This document shows positions 39,610 through 50,000 of a DNA stretch of 64,000 nucleotides, one piece after another. A program made the position numbers and the translations under genes. The stretch lies in the IMG/VR virus record IMGVR_UViG_3300009149_007629, positions 5,178-69,177 of that record. One strand, 5' to 3'. Position 1 is the first letter of the stretch, and each line of letters begins with the position of its first letter. The notes beneath the pieces were generated by a model. That model ran no database searches. It had not been told where the DNA came from and saw only the letters and a list, made by a program, of their open reading frames with translations. Source of the stretch: a virus.

Positions 39610-42600
39610 TTATAATCCTCTTTTAACTACTCGCTCTTCAATAATTTCAATGTCTTTAAGACTCTGGCTATCCACATCCAGGTATTCTATCTCACTGGTA
39701 TAAATATCCCCTACTAGATTTTCATTTGCGGAATAGTATGTATAATAAGCTGCCTTATAATACTTATTCTGTGGGGGTGACCCATCCATAGTACTAACTA
39801 TAATTCTACCATCGGACTGGATATAACACTGACCCCTTGCTTTTGAAACATCAGAAGGATTTTCAGATATCTGCAGAGCTATATTGTTTTCATATACGGC
39901 ACGAAAAAGATTACTATCTCCTCCGTTAGTACTGGTACGATAACTTAGAACACTATCTGAAGAAATGTAAGAAGTTATACCCTCAGCAGAAGTTTTATGA
40001 TACGTTTCAAATCTTAATACTCCTAAATCATCTAGGGGTATAAAAGAGCTGTTACGCTTCATCATCCTTACTAAAGGCATTACAATCTCTTTTACTCCTG
40101 TAGTGTTATGCACTACATTAGTAAGAGCTCCCTGAGTAAAAGATTCCCCCATACGTATCTTAGCTACATAGTTAGCTATCGAAGTCTGAAGTCTGGATTG
40201 TAATAATTTTGAATCAACCCCCGACTTAGAGATCACTTTAAAGCTTAGATCGATGTTATTACTAACAGCTACCTTTGTTATAGCATCTGCACAAGCATGC
40301 TTCATTTTATCAAAGCGATCCTGGACATCCTGTACCAGACTGTTAGTTATATACGTGATGTTAAAATTCTGGCTGGCACTGTAATCTATATAAACTCTAT
40401 CTCCGTGCCTGATTTTGCTATTAGGTAATAGTACCACATATGTAAATACAGTTTCATTACCGGGATCTATCTCATAGTCTACGCCCTTTATGTAGACCTC
40501 TGAATCATCATTATAGTTAGATACCACTATGGTATCTATATCTACTCCCTTATAATTAAGCTTTGAGGGGACATTAAGAAGCATGTCATGCTCCTCGTTA
40601 ACCACTTCTATAAAATTTTCTATACCATCACCTTGATCGAAATAAAATTTTACAGAATCCTTAGCTATATTAGAAAGGCCATCTACAAGAGGATCGTCTA
40701 ATTTTACAAGCTTGTATTTAGATGGATCTATAATAGTCCCATTATAGTCCGTTACTTCTACTACACTTTCTACAGGCTGTAACGATAATGTGATCTCGTT
40801 AGAACTTCTATACCTATAATCGACTTCTACCACATCAAACGCAGCCATACCGATATTATTATTGGTAATATTTTTATCCAATATGATTGTATCACCATCA
40901 CCTACAATTTTAAAATTATCCAGGCTATAATCCTGAGACCTGGTAATATTTCTAACTGTATGGACTACAACGATAGGGCTATTATCACTTACCTTTAAAT
41001 TCTTAGTCTTTATCCTAAAATCCCGAGCACTTATAATCTCAAATACTTCTCCTACCTTTTTACCGTAGGTATCCGTCGGGTACTCATATTTGAAAGCTAT
41101 TTGATCTACAGACTGTATATTTCTTTCACCCTTTATATAAATATCTACTTTACCACCTATGTGCTTCTGATCTGAGGTATCATAATCCCTAATCATTAGA
41201 GGGTCACCACCCTGCTCTACACGAGCTTCAATTACTCCGGGGACCTCATAGGCCTCAGCTGCATATCCCCCCTGTGTTCCAGAATCATAAGATATTCTAG
41301 CTAACTTTACACGAGTAGATAAATCTAAGTTACTTTCTCTATTTGACCCGTACTGAGCGGGGACATTATTTATAACTTGTACAACAGGATTCACATTGGA
41401 TATGACACTAATAGTCTGTGAGGGGACATTTCCGGAAGAACCTGCAATCTGAGCCTCTGCATCTACTTCTATCTCATATCTTCTTGTAGAGGGGTTATAA
41501 TAATAATCTGCATTTTTAGCATCGAGTATCTTAGTACCTGAGGTTAAAAAACTTACAGGCACTAAATTCTGATTAGTATCCCCCGGATATGTTAAAACAG
41601 TCTGATCAGGTATAAGTATATCTTCTGTAGGCTTTTGGGTAACATAACATACCGCCTTAACAACAGACTTTTGTGCTGACTGTCTTTCTATATCATAATT
41701 AGATGCATATTTATCAAATTGCTCATCTATTAATATCTGAAGAGTCGCTCCATCTGTTAAACCAAGAGCATCCGCCAATCTTCTCTTTTTTATACTTGTA
41801 CTTATAGGATCACTGATCCCATCTCCATCTGCATCATCAAAATTTAAAAGGGTATCCAAAGATCCCGCAATAAATACAAAATCCTGTATTATATAATACC
41901 TTTCAAACTCTGTTGCGATAGGATCTGAAATATCCCTGATTACAGACCCCGCAACTGCATTAATTTTAGAATTATTTGTCTGAAGATCTTTTGTTATTGT
42001 AAAAAGGACATCATTACGGGTCCTAGGAGGCAGGGACTCATACTCATCTGTAAATACAACAAATTTACCCTCAAGCTCCTGTGAGTATCCGCTTTCTATG
42101 GATTGATTTAATACTTCATCGTATGCATTTACAGAAGCTACAAAGTAGTACCTTCTGTCCTGGCTTAGAGAAGTACCATCAGACAAAAAGATATTTGGAA
42201 GCTTGCTTTCAGATACTAACCTTGAAAGGACATCTTTAGTAAAAGAATACGTGTAAAATTCATTAGCTACTTGACGACTCTTTACTGTAGTTACCGTAAG
42301 ATCGTTTGCGCTATCTACAATAGAGGATTCTTCTAAATTCTCTATTGTAGTTTCTAAAGCATCAGGCATGGTTACAAGAACATCATTCATTCTAACATAA
42401 CCATCTTCACCACCACCTGCTACCAAAGAGATATAAAAGCTACAACCTGAAAACTCACTATCACCATTTAAAAGGATCGAATTTCGAGGTACTAATATTT
42501 TTATGTAATCTCTGGCCTGCTTTATCTGAACACCTGTAGAGGGATCTACCGTAGCAGTAATAAGCTCTTCCGATACTATCTCAGCATTTAGATAAATGAC

Positions 42601-42981
42601 GCTACTCTCATCTAAGATTATTCCTACTTCAGTATAAACATTACTTCTCTTTACGCTTTTAAATTCAAAGTAGATAACATCATTATTCTGCAGACTTATT
42701 ATACCATCTGTATTCAAACTCCATGGTATTTCAACTACATTAGAATTTGTCATGCCTACAGTGATACCACTTTCACTAAATGCCGTAAAAGGACTTAGTG
42801 TCCCGTCTCTAAGGATCTGGTATCGATATTGCACAGAAAACAATACATTATCTTCGTAATCTGCTGAAGCTACTGGTATATACCCTGAGATCATCTGTAC
42901 CAAGCTATCAGAATAATATTTTTCTGAGCTGCCTGCGACCCAATTAGTCTTCGGATATAAAATTACAGGTGCTGATATCAT
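39610..42981 (-). CDS. baseplate J / T4 gp6-like wedge protein (extended)
   Basis: AQIAGSSGNV, GSNRESNLDLSTRV, GTQGGY, VPGVIEARV and GKVDIYI motifs of baseplate J. Confidence 0.85.
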   Translation of the reverse strand: MISAPVILYPKTNWVAGSSEKYYSDSLVQMISGYIPVASADYEDNVLFSVQYRYQILRDGTLSPFTAFSESGITVGMTNSNVVEIPWSLNTDGIISLQNNDVIYFEFKSVKRSNVYTEVGIILDESSVIYLNAEIVSEELITATVDPSTGVQIKQARDYIKILVPRNSILLNGDSEFSGCSFYISLVAGGGEDGYVRMNDVLVTMPDALETTIENLEESSIVDSANDLTVTTVKSRQVANEFYTYSFTKDVLSRLVSESKLPNIFLSDGTSLSQDRRYYFVASVNAYDEVLNQSIESGYSQELEGKFVVFTDEYESLPPRTRNDVLFTITKDLQTNNSKINAVAGSVIRDISDPIATEFERYYIIQDFVFIAGSLDTLLNFDDADGDGISDPISTSIKKRRLADALGLTDGATLQILIDEQFDKYASNYDIERQSAQKSVVKAVCYVTQKPTEDILIPDQTVLTYPGDTNQNLVPVSFLTSGTKILDAKNADYYYNPSTRRYEIEVDAEAQIAGSSGNVPSQTISVISNVNPVVQVINNVPAQYGSNRESNLDLSTRVKLARISYDSGTQGGYAAEAYEVPGVIEARVEQGGDPLMIRDYDTSDQKHIGGKVDIYIKGERNIQSVDQIAFKYEYPTDTYGKKVGEVFEIISARDFRIKTKNLKVSDNSPIVVVHTVRNITRSQDYSLDNFKIVGDGDTIILDKNITNNNIGMAAFDVVEVDYRYRSSNEITLSLQPVESVVEVTDYNGTIIDPSKYKLVKLDDPLVDGLSNIAKDSVKFYFDQGDGIENFIEVVNEEHDMLLNVPSKLNYKGVDIDTIVVSNYNDDSEVYIKGVDYEIDPGNETVFTYVVLLPNSKIRHGDRVYIDYSASQNFNITYITNSLVQDVQDRFDKMKHACADAITKVAVSNNIDLSFKVISKSGVDSKLLQSRLQTSIANYVAKIRMGESFTQGALTNVVHNTTGVKEIVMPLVRMMKRNSSFIPLDDLGVLRFETYHKTSAEGITSYISSDSVLSYRTSTNGGDSNLFRAVYENNIALQISENPSDVSKARGQCYIQSDGRIIVSTMDGSPPQNKYYKAAYYTYYSANENLVGDIYTSEIEYLDVDSQSLKDIEIIEERVVKRGL

Positions 42982-43724
42982 ACAGCAGATCTTCTTTCTC
43001 TTATGTTCGTTAATTCTACATATTGTGAGAATTCCAAAGATTTCCCACTTTGAGCCGTAAAAACGACGGTAACAAGCAAGATCGTAGGATCCTCTGCCTG
43101 TTCAACTTCTACAGATATTAATTCTCCAAAGAGTTCTCCCGGAGTCATCTCTCGACGGGTACTTTGAAGCTGTCTCTGTACATTTCTAAGTTTTTCTATC
43201 CCAGAATTTACCTGATTTAAGATTCTATTTCGGATAACATCTATATCTATAATACTTGTACCTACAAGATCAATTATCCCTGTACCCATCCAATTATGGT
43301 ATACATTAGATCCTACCCGAGTTATTATGTATTTCTCAACTAACTGAAGAAGAAGGTACTCTTTTTCAACTAATAAGATATCACCATCTTGTTTGTAGAC
43401 CAAATCATCTAGTACTTTTACACCAAGACATTTAGGACAATGCAACACATCTGTAGTGTACTTAACCTCTATCAGGGGCCTGTAATCCTTGATTTTATTC
43501 TTCATTACTATATAGAAATAGGTTTCTAATGAATAATCCTTCCTACTAGTAACTACTATAAAATCTGTCTTCTTCCTGATTACATCATTTATCCTAAGCT
43601 CTGTAGACAACGTAGAGGCTATAGGATAGCCTATAAGGATACTCTTCTTATCCTTCTGAAGAACACCCTTTTCCCAATTTATGTAATGGTCGCATTTATT
43701 CTGTATTTTTATATCTTGTGACAT
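42978..43724 (-). CDS. gp25/gpW-like baseplate (sheath initiator) protein with a CxxC motif
   Basis: LLQLVEKYIITRVGSNVYHNWMGT and C-terminal beta strands; directly upstream of baseplate J; CPKC. Confidence 0.65.
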   Translation of the reverse strand: MSQDIKIQNKCDHYINWEKGVLQKDKKSILIGYPIASTLSTELRINDVIRKKTDFIVVTSRKDYSLETYFYIVMKNKIKDYRPLIEVKYTTDVLHCPKCLGVKVLDDLVYKQDGDILLVEKEYLLLQLVEKYIITRVGSNVYHNWMGTGIIDLVGTSIIDIDVIRNRILNQVNSGIEKLRNVQRQLQSTRREMTPGELFGELISVEVEQAEDPTILLVTVVFTAQSGKSLEFSQYVELTNIRERRSAV

Positions 43725-43744
43725 CTTAATTATTTAGGGAATAA

Positions 43745-43757
43745 ATTAGAAGATAAT
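43745..43757 (-). promoter_or_regulatory. candidate late-promoter motif ATTATCTTCTAAT
   Basis: Intergenic, 20 nt upstream of the gp25-like start; resembles the motifs at 16338 and 21714. Confidence 0.3.
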
Positions 43758-45157
43758 TAATAAACGTCTGTTTTATTTTCTGTCTGACTCTTTTGGTACT
43801 GCTGGGTATCATACAAAGTCTTTGATATAAACTCTCCTGGACGTATCTCAACAGCTACATCTTTTTTCATCCAAGAAATTACACCATCCTTATTTAAACC
43901 TTTAACTTCGTCACAAAAACCAACATCTCCACCATATTTATTTCGGATCTCTTCTCTCCACCTATCCTCTAAACTTGTTTGAGGAACTTTATTGTTTTTT
44001 CGAGCAAACCCTATCAAAGATATAAGACCCATTATTCCTTTATCTACAAAGTCTCCCGCAGCGGTACCATACCTCTCCAGCTGTTTTTTCACATTATCCA
44101 CATATTTTACTGCTTCATCCAGATAATTTTTATTAACTTCCTGTACTTGTTTCTCATTTACTTTATCCGTAGTAGATGCCTTTACTTCGGAATCTAGCAA
44201 CAACAGGGATCTATTAATAAGAATCTTAAGTTCCTCGTTCTTTATCCCCTTTTTACCCGCCAGGGCATCTAAAGAACCCCTTATGTATTCATCTCTTATC
44301 CCATATAAAATCTGATTTACATAGTCTAAATTAGCTGCTACTTCAACAGCTTTCTTAACTGCTTATGGAAACTGTGCAGAAAAAATATCATCATTAGTTA
44401 AGATCTCTATTATGGATATGGCACTATCAGTAAGATCTGGGTGATCACTTCCAAATTCCTTAAAATCATTGACGATAACATCCATCTGCTGTCTATAATA
44501 AGTACAGGACCAATCCATGGTATCATCTTGGTATGATACAGCATTTTCTGTTGTAAATTTATCAGGGTATTCTACAAAGAGGTCTTTGATAGCATTTATC
44601 TTTGAAATAAGTTCTTGTACTTCAAAATACGAATTCATTAAACTTGTATATGAATCTATATTTTCTCTTCTTTTATTGTATGCTTCTCCCTGTACATTTA
44701 ATCTTTTTTGTAGCTCATATTCTATCTTAGCCTTGTCCTGCTTTAATCGAGATATTCTGTCTATTCTGTCTCTTATTGCAGACTCTACAGGAGCCATTTC
44801 CCTCTTAATAACCCTCTGAGTAGCCATTACTGTTTCATCTATAAAGATCTTCGAACGAGCCCTCTTTGGTTCCTGGTAATCCAGGTATGATTGGGGGAGA
44901 GTATCCGGGACAGAATCATCTTCAAGAGTTTCAGCTAATACAGGCATATACTCCGGAAACCCCATAGTCTGGATATAATCCCTTAACTCTTTTTTATTAC
45001 TTTTTATTAATTGATGTAAACGAGATATATTCCTTTTCATCGTTAAAATTTCAACTTCATTTTTTTGCTCAGACAAATTAAGCAACGTAACCAGATTTTC
45101 AATATCTGCTCTACTTTGATTTAACGAATATGGATTCTTTCTGTATATCTCAGCCAT
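43757..45157 (-). CDS. coiled-coil hypothetical protein, one reading frame interrupted by a single TAA (ORF track splits it into 44363..45157 and 43757..44203)
   Basis: After the TAA at 44363-44365 the frame stays open for 53 codons (AVKKAVEVAANLDYVNQILYG...) into the downstream ORF. Confidence 0.7.
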
Positions 45158-45161
45158 GTTT

Positions 45162-46886
45162 TTATATCCCTACTAACTTTTTAAAACTATCAACCGCAGT
45201 CATAGTCTTCTTCATATTTGCCTGGAGCTTTGCGGCTCCCTCAACATCTACCATCTCAAGAATGTAGTCACTACTTAATTCAGGGAATCCATATAAAAGA
45301 ATTATACCCGCCATTATCCCTTTTTCAGCATAGGTCGCTAAACCCTTATGAGTATCCGGTGCCCCTTTACCACTATATTCACTAACATCCCCACTTTGTG
45401 TAGCTGCATTAAACCTGTCAAGGAATCCTTGCATCCCGCCCTTCTGAGGCTCCAACTCTAAAACCATCATGGTGCCTCTTAGCTGGTATGCTAAAAGCTG
45501 ATTTATTATAATTTCTAATTGATTTAATATATTTGTATATAACAAAATCTTTTCTTCTAAGAATTCTATGTACTTACTCATGGAATCTGTAGATGTATCC
45601 ACTAATCCCTGAACTTTCTCAGACATCAAATCCAATAAATCATACAGCCTATCTATTTGGGTTCCTAAAAGAGTCCGGACTGAAAAAGATTGCCAATCCC
45701 CATTAAACTCCTCAGGTTTTACTGTGTTACCTTTTTTATCTAATACAGAATATTTCTTAAGCTCACTGACCGGTATACAATTAGTTGGAGTAGCGGACAC
45801 TACAGGCGAGGAACTTGGACTCTGAACTCTATCTAAAAATCCCCAACCCCCAAAATCATAACCTGTTGTACTATAAACTTTATAATAGTAGGTCTTTCCG
45901 CCTGTCACTTCAAAATCGATATAAGTATAAGAAGGCTTCCCAGTAATAGTTTTAATCTCAACCGGTGTGCCATCATTAAAGGAGGCGTCATTGAACACCT
46001 CTATGATGCGCTCCTCTTCCCCTACAGAGGACAAATCTATAGAATCTAGAACTTTAAAAGGTTTGGGGCTCCTGTTCCTGTAAATATTAAATCCAGACAA
46101 CGGAGTGCCCGGGTGATCCCAAGTAATCTTAACTCCTAAAGATTTTTTACCATCTTTGCCCTTATAAAAACCCGGGACTGCTTTGACATTTTTCGGTGGT
46201 GCTGCTACTGGAGCTAACATCGGAAAAAGCTTAGAAAGTACTTTAAAATTCTTTATCATATCATCTAAAAACTGAGGATCATTATCTCCCCCGACCATAC
46301 TTATAATAATACCACCTACTGTATCATTACTTCCAAATCTTGGAGCGTCAGGATCATTACTATTTGAGCACCTCTGATTTACAATAGCAATAAACTCCTT
46401 AAACCCCCCATTTATCGGTATAGAATATTTAGTATCCCGGGAATCAAAGGGAGGAAAGATAACACTCATGTAGACACCCGTAGAAGAAAGGGACTCTACC
46501 ATATCCTTAATAACTTTAACAATCTGTTTTACTACAAATTTTATAGCTTTTGAGATAGATTTAAGATCAGTAACAAACACCCTCATTATCTTAACAATTA
46601 AAAGCAAAGCCTGCTGTATGCGGTCTAACTCTTTTAGAAAATGAGAAAGATTATCTACAACCTTTTTTTGATTGCCTAAACCGATCTTTAAGCTCCAACT
46701 AAACCAGTTATATCCTTTGTTTTTCTTCTCCTGAGGAGAGCTATCCTCTTTTTCAGCAGGCGCTATACCAGAGCCATTAGCGGGGATACCAATATAATCT
46801 TTATAGGGCACTGTCTCGATCCCCAAATCATCTAATTTAGGATCTGTATATTCTGGTTCTTTATCGAATTTAACTCTTACAGCCAT
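45162..46886 (-). CDS. structural protein with fibronectin type III domain and helical regions
   Basis: APPKNVKA...VKITW...GFNIYR...YID...GKTYYYKV FN3 signature. Confidence 0.7.
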   Translation of the reverse strand: MAVRVKFDKEPEYTDPKLDDLGIETVPYKDYIGIPANGSGIAPAEKEDSSPQEKKNKGYNWFSWSLKIGLGNQKKVVDNLSHFLKELDRIQQALLLIVKIMRVFVTDLKSISKAIKFVVKQIVKVIKDMVESLSSTGVYMSVIFPPFDSRDTKYSIPINGGFKEFIAIVNQRCSNSNDPDAPRFGSNDTVGGIIISMVGGDNDPQFLDDMIKNFKVLSKLFPMLAPVAAPPKNVKAVPGFYKGKDGKKSLGVKITWDHPGTPLSGFNIYRNRSPKPFKVLDSIDLSSVGEEERIIEVFNDASFNDGTPVEIKTITGKPSYTYIDFEVTGGKTYYYKVYSTTGYDFGGWGFLDRVQSPSSSPVVSATPTNCIPVSELKKYSVLDKKGNTVKPEEFNGDWQSFSVRTLLGTQIDRLYDLLDLMSEKVQGLVDTSTDSMSKYIEFLEEKILLYTNILNQLEIIINQLLAYQLRGTMMVLELEPQKGGMQGFLDRFNAATQSGDVSEYSGKGAPDTHKGLATYAEKGIMAGIILLYGFPELSSDYILEMVDVEGAAKLQANMKKTMTAVDSFKKLVGI

Positions 46887-47027
46887 TTATCTTTTATTCC
46901 TGTTCTCAAAGGTTGAGACCTCTTTACTCATAAGACGGCTTATCTTCGTACACAAAAAAGAAAGCTCTTTCTGTAAAAAACCCATGGGCCTAGGATCGTC
47001 TCGCTTAATAACTCTCCATACAGGCGC
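46887..47027 (-). CDS. possible small hypothetical protein (start uncertain)
   Basis: Open frame fills the gap and its TAA abuts the next ATG; the first codon overlapping the upstream TAG is GCG; internal ATG available. Confidence 0.35.
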   Translation of the reverse strand, partial: APVWRVIKRDDPRPMGFLQKELSFLCTKISRLMSKEVSTFENRNKR

Positions 47028-50000
47028 TACTCCACATCCCCTATTATTTCGGTGTCCTGCTGATTCTTCTCTATCTGATCCTGAAGTGCCTTGACTCTCT
47101 GATCGCATCCGAACTCCCTATGAAATTTCATGTATAACCAGAAATATTTATTCTGTATTATAGCCTCATTTTCAATACTCTCTTTTATTTGATTATATCT
47201 AACATTCCTAATAAAATTAAGAAAATTATCAAAATCTAAACCATAAGGATTATCCTCACTATAATTTTGAGGAGTATAATAATCAGGCACTACAATACCA
47301 AACTCGTTTTTCCAAGGCTGGGCAAGCCTATTTTTTATCCAGTTTAATTGGGTGTGCAGGTTATAATCAGACACCTGTATAAATTTCATTTCCCCCAAAA
47401 CACCAAAGTAAACCTTCCACGGGGTATTATAAGGTAGCACCTTTTCTACTACTGATGCTAGTGTCCCATAATAAACCCCTCCAACTTTCATAGGTAAAAC
47501 ATTGCTGCCTAAAAACCCAGTTTTATAATTTCCTAGTAATGTATCATCTATCCACGAATACAAGTTTTTATTACTGGTTTGTGCTATTGTTAAATTATTC
47601 GAATTTAAAACGATATTGTCCGTGTCTACTGTCACAGAAGTCTCATTACTCATATTCAGCAAACGCAGCCCTACTAAATACCCAAGGTAGCTACTTATAA
47701 AGGCTCCTCCAGAAAAACTCCCGCTAGAATCTTGGAGATATGATGCTGGACGATCTGCATAAAAAGAATTTACTAGATTACTTCTAAACAACGGAGGAAA
47801 CACAGGATCTGCTAAATCTGTGATCGATCCTATGTAATTAACTAAAGACCCTATAGACATACTGCTATAACTAAAGCTATTTAAGGTGTACGTGCTCTGA
47901 TACACTATCTTACATTTCAAAGTAAGACTCTTCCTGTCCGCTGAGATCTCATATGTGGCATCACTGATCTCATATACCGCCCCAGTAAGACTCCGTACCT
48001 TTAGTCTCATTGCGGTATTATTCCCGGTAATATCTAAATCTATGTATGAATCAGATATTGCTGTCTCAGGAGTCACAGACAAGAGCTCTGTAGACAGCGT
48101 TGTACCATAGCTTCCTACAACCTGAGCCTGGAAGACCGACAGAGAAAACTCCGGTGCGACACCAGAATTAATGCCATCTACTAACTGCTGTATGGTTGTA
48201 TTCGCGGGAGATAAGAAGTTATAACCAAAAGTATATTGATAATCATACTCATAATCACAAGTAATTGTTATAGACTTCGTACCGCTATCGGTGCTATAAT
48301 TAGATGAAGTGAACCGATAATCTCTTCCAGGCCTTATTGCCATTACATTTGCATCTGCTAAATTAAAATCTACTATCTCTGACTTGTCTTCTATAGTCTG
48401 TTTGTAATTAGGCAGATAGTTATATTCAAACTGACCCGCTTTATTAGGACTTGTACGTGTAAATATTAAATTAGCATAAAAGTATTTATTTAGCAGACTG
48501 TTCCCATTTATTCTCTCTACTAAAGAAAGTAAGTACTCCCCCTCAGGGGCCTGATTATGCCCTGAGCCAGCCAAAGGTATCCCATACCCCAGGGTCTTGT
48601 CAGGCTGACCGTAATCCGCAGCGCTGGTATAAAAAACATTTGCACTCTTAAAGTATATCCAATTATCCTTTACCTGGACATACCTATCGCCATTTGTATC
48701 TTTTTCATCCCAGCAGAAAACATCAAAGGGTGTTATATCTGTCCTATAACCCTGGGGTATTGCTGTCAACGTTTTTTCCTGCGCTGTCTTCGGGTCATCC
48801 ATATTAAAGGAGTAATTAGGCCCGTAACTATATCTTTTTGAATCCATTACTATTGTAAAAGGATCATCCTTCTTAAGATCAGTAGATATTAAGCTCCAGC
48901 CTATAAATTGATCTGATTTAAAAGTAGAGCTACCGTTTTCTCCCACTACTTCGTAAGAACGTATTACGGGGGTATATTCAGAAAAAATCTCATAACTTTT
49001 ATATTCCCCCTGCACTTCTGGGTCCCCTATAAGAGACGCTTCCCATATCTGACGCTCTCCTAAAGGAGTCTGAGTCCCCTCTGCATCAAACCGAGCAGCA
49101 TTTATAGCTGAGACTAGATCATTTATAGTAGCTTCTTTTCTAAGATTAATTCGGAGCTCCAGAGGGACCTTATCTGTTCTTTCTTTTCTTAATACTAACT
49201 CCTTAAGAATAGTAATTTCGGGCTTATCAAGATATAGTAGAGACTGTAACTGCGCCTGCTGTTCTGCAGTTATATATCCATTTTTATCTATGTCTTCTAG
49301 GATAGCCGGAGGCGGATCAAAATATTTAGAATCCCCCGCAGTAGAGTATCCCGTATAAGTTATCTCCCATGCAGCATCATCTATACAATTGAGGAGTACT
49401 ACAGGATCTCCTGTGGAACTATCCCAACTACCTGACACTGGGATACCCTCTATGGCTGTCTTATTGGTGTTCCCGTTTGCAGTATACATAGGAAAACTGA
49501 AATAAGCATTCTGTACATTTGTAGTATCTCGCTTATTATCAGAGTCAAAATTAGAAGTATCTAGGTAAATATCCGAATACAGTATTTCAGGATTGTTAGC
49601 TGGTAGCGGGTAATACTCATTATCTGCTACCATATACCGTGTAGATAAATCCCCTAAAGGATCCTCCTGGTACACAACTTCCATATTAAATAAATTGTCC
49701 TGCTTATATACAAAGGAATTTATAATTTCAGAAAATTCAGAAATTGTATAAAACTCATCGTTATCCTTCTGCATATCAAATACAAAAGAAGTGGAGATCC
49801 CATCATTATCCTCTACTATATATCGACCATCTTGTATAATAGCTCCAAAGATAACTTCCATCTTCCTATGTGTATCACCATCAACAAAAACTTTGTACCG
49901 GCCCTGATTTAGATCTTCATCAGTATTATCGAAAGTGGTATCTAAATGAGCATATAAATCTATTATATATGCTGATTCTGAACGCTCATATTTAGCTTTC

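Noticed and set aside
47028-47108. ORF-track start for the 73-aa ORF 46887..47108
   Set aside because: The first 27 codons overlap the end of the 3184-aa gene; only the part inside the gap is plausible.
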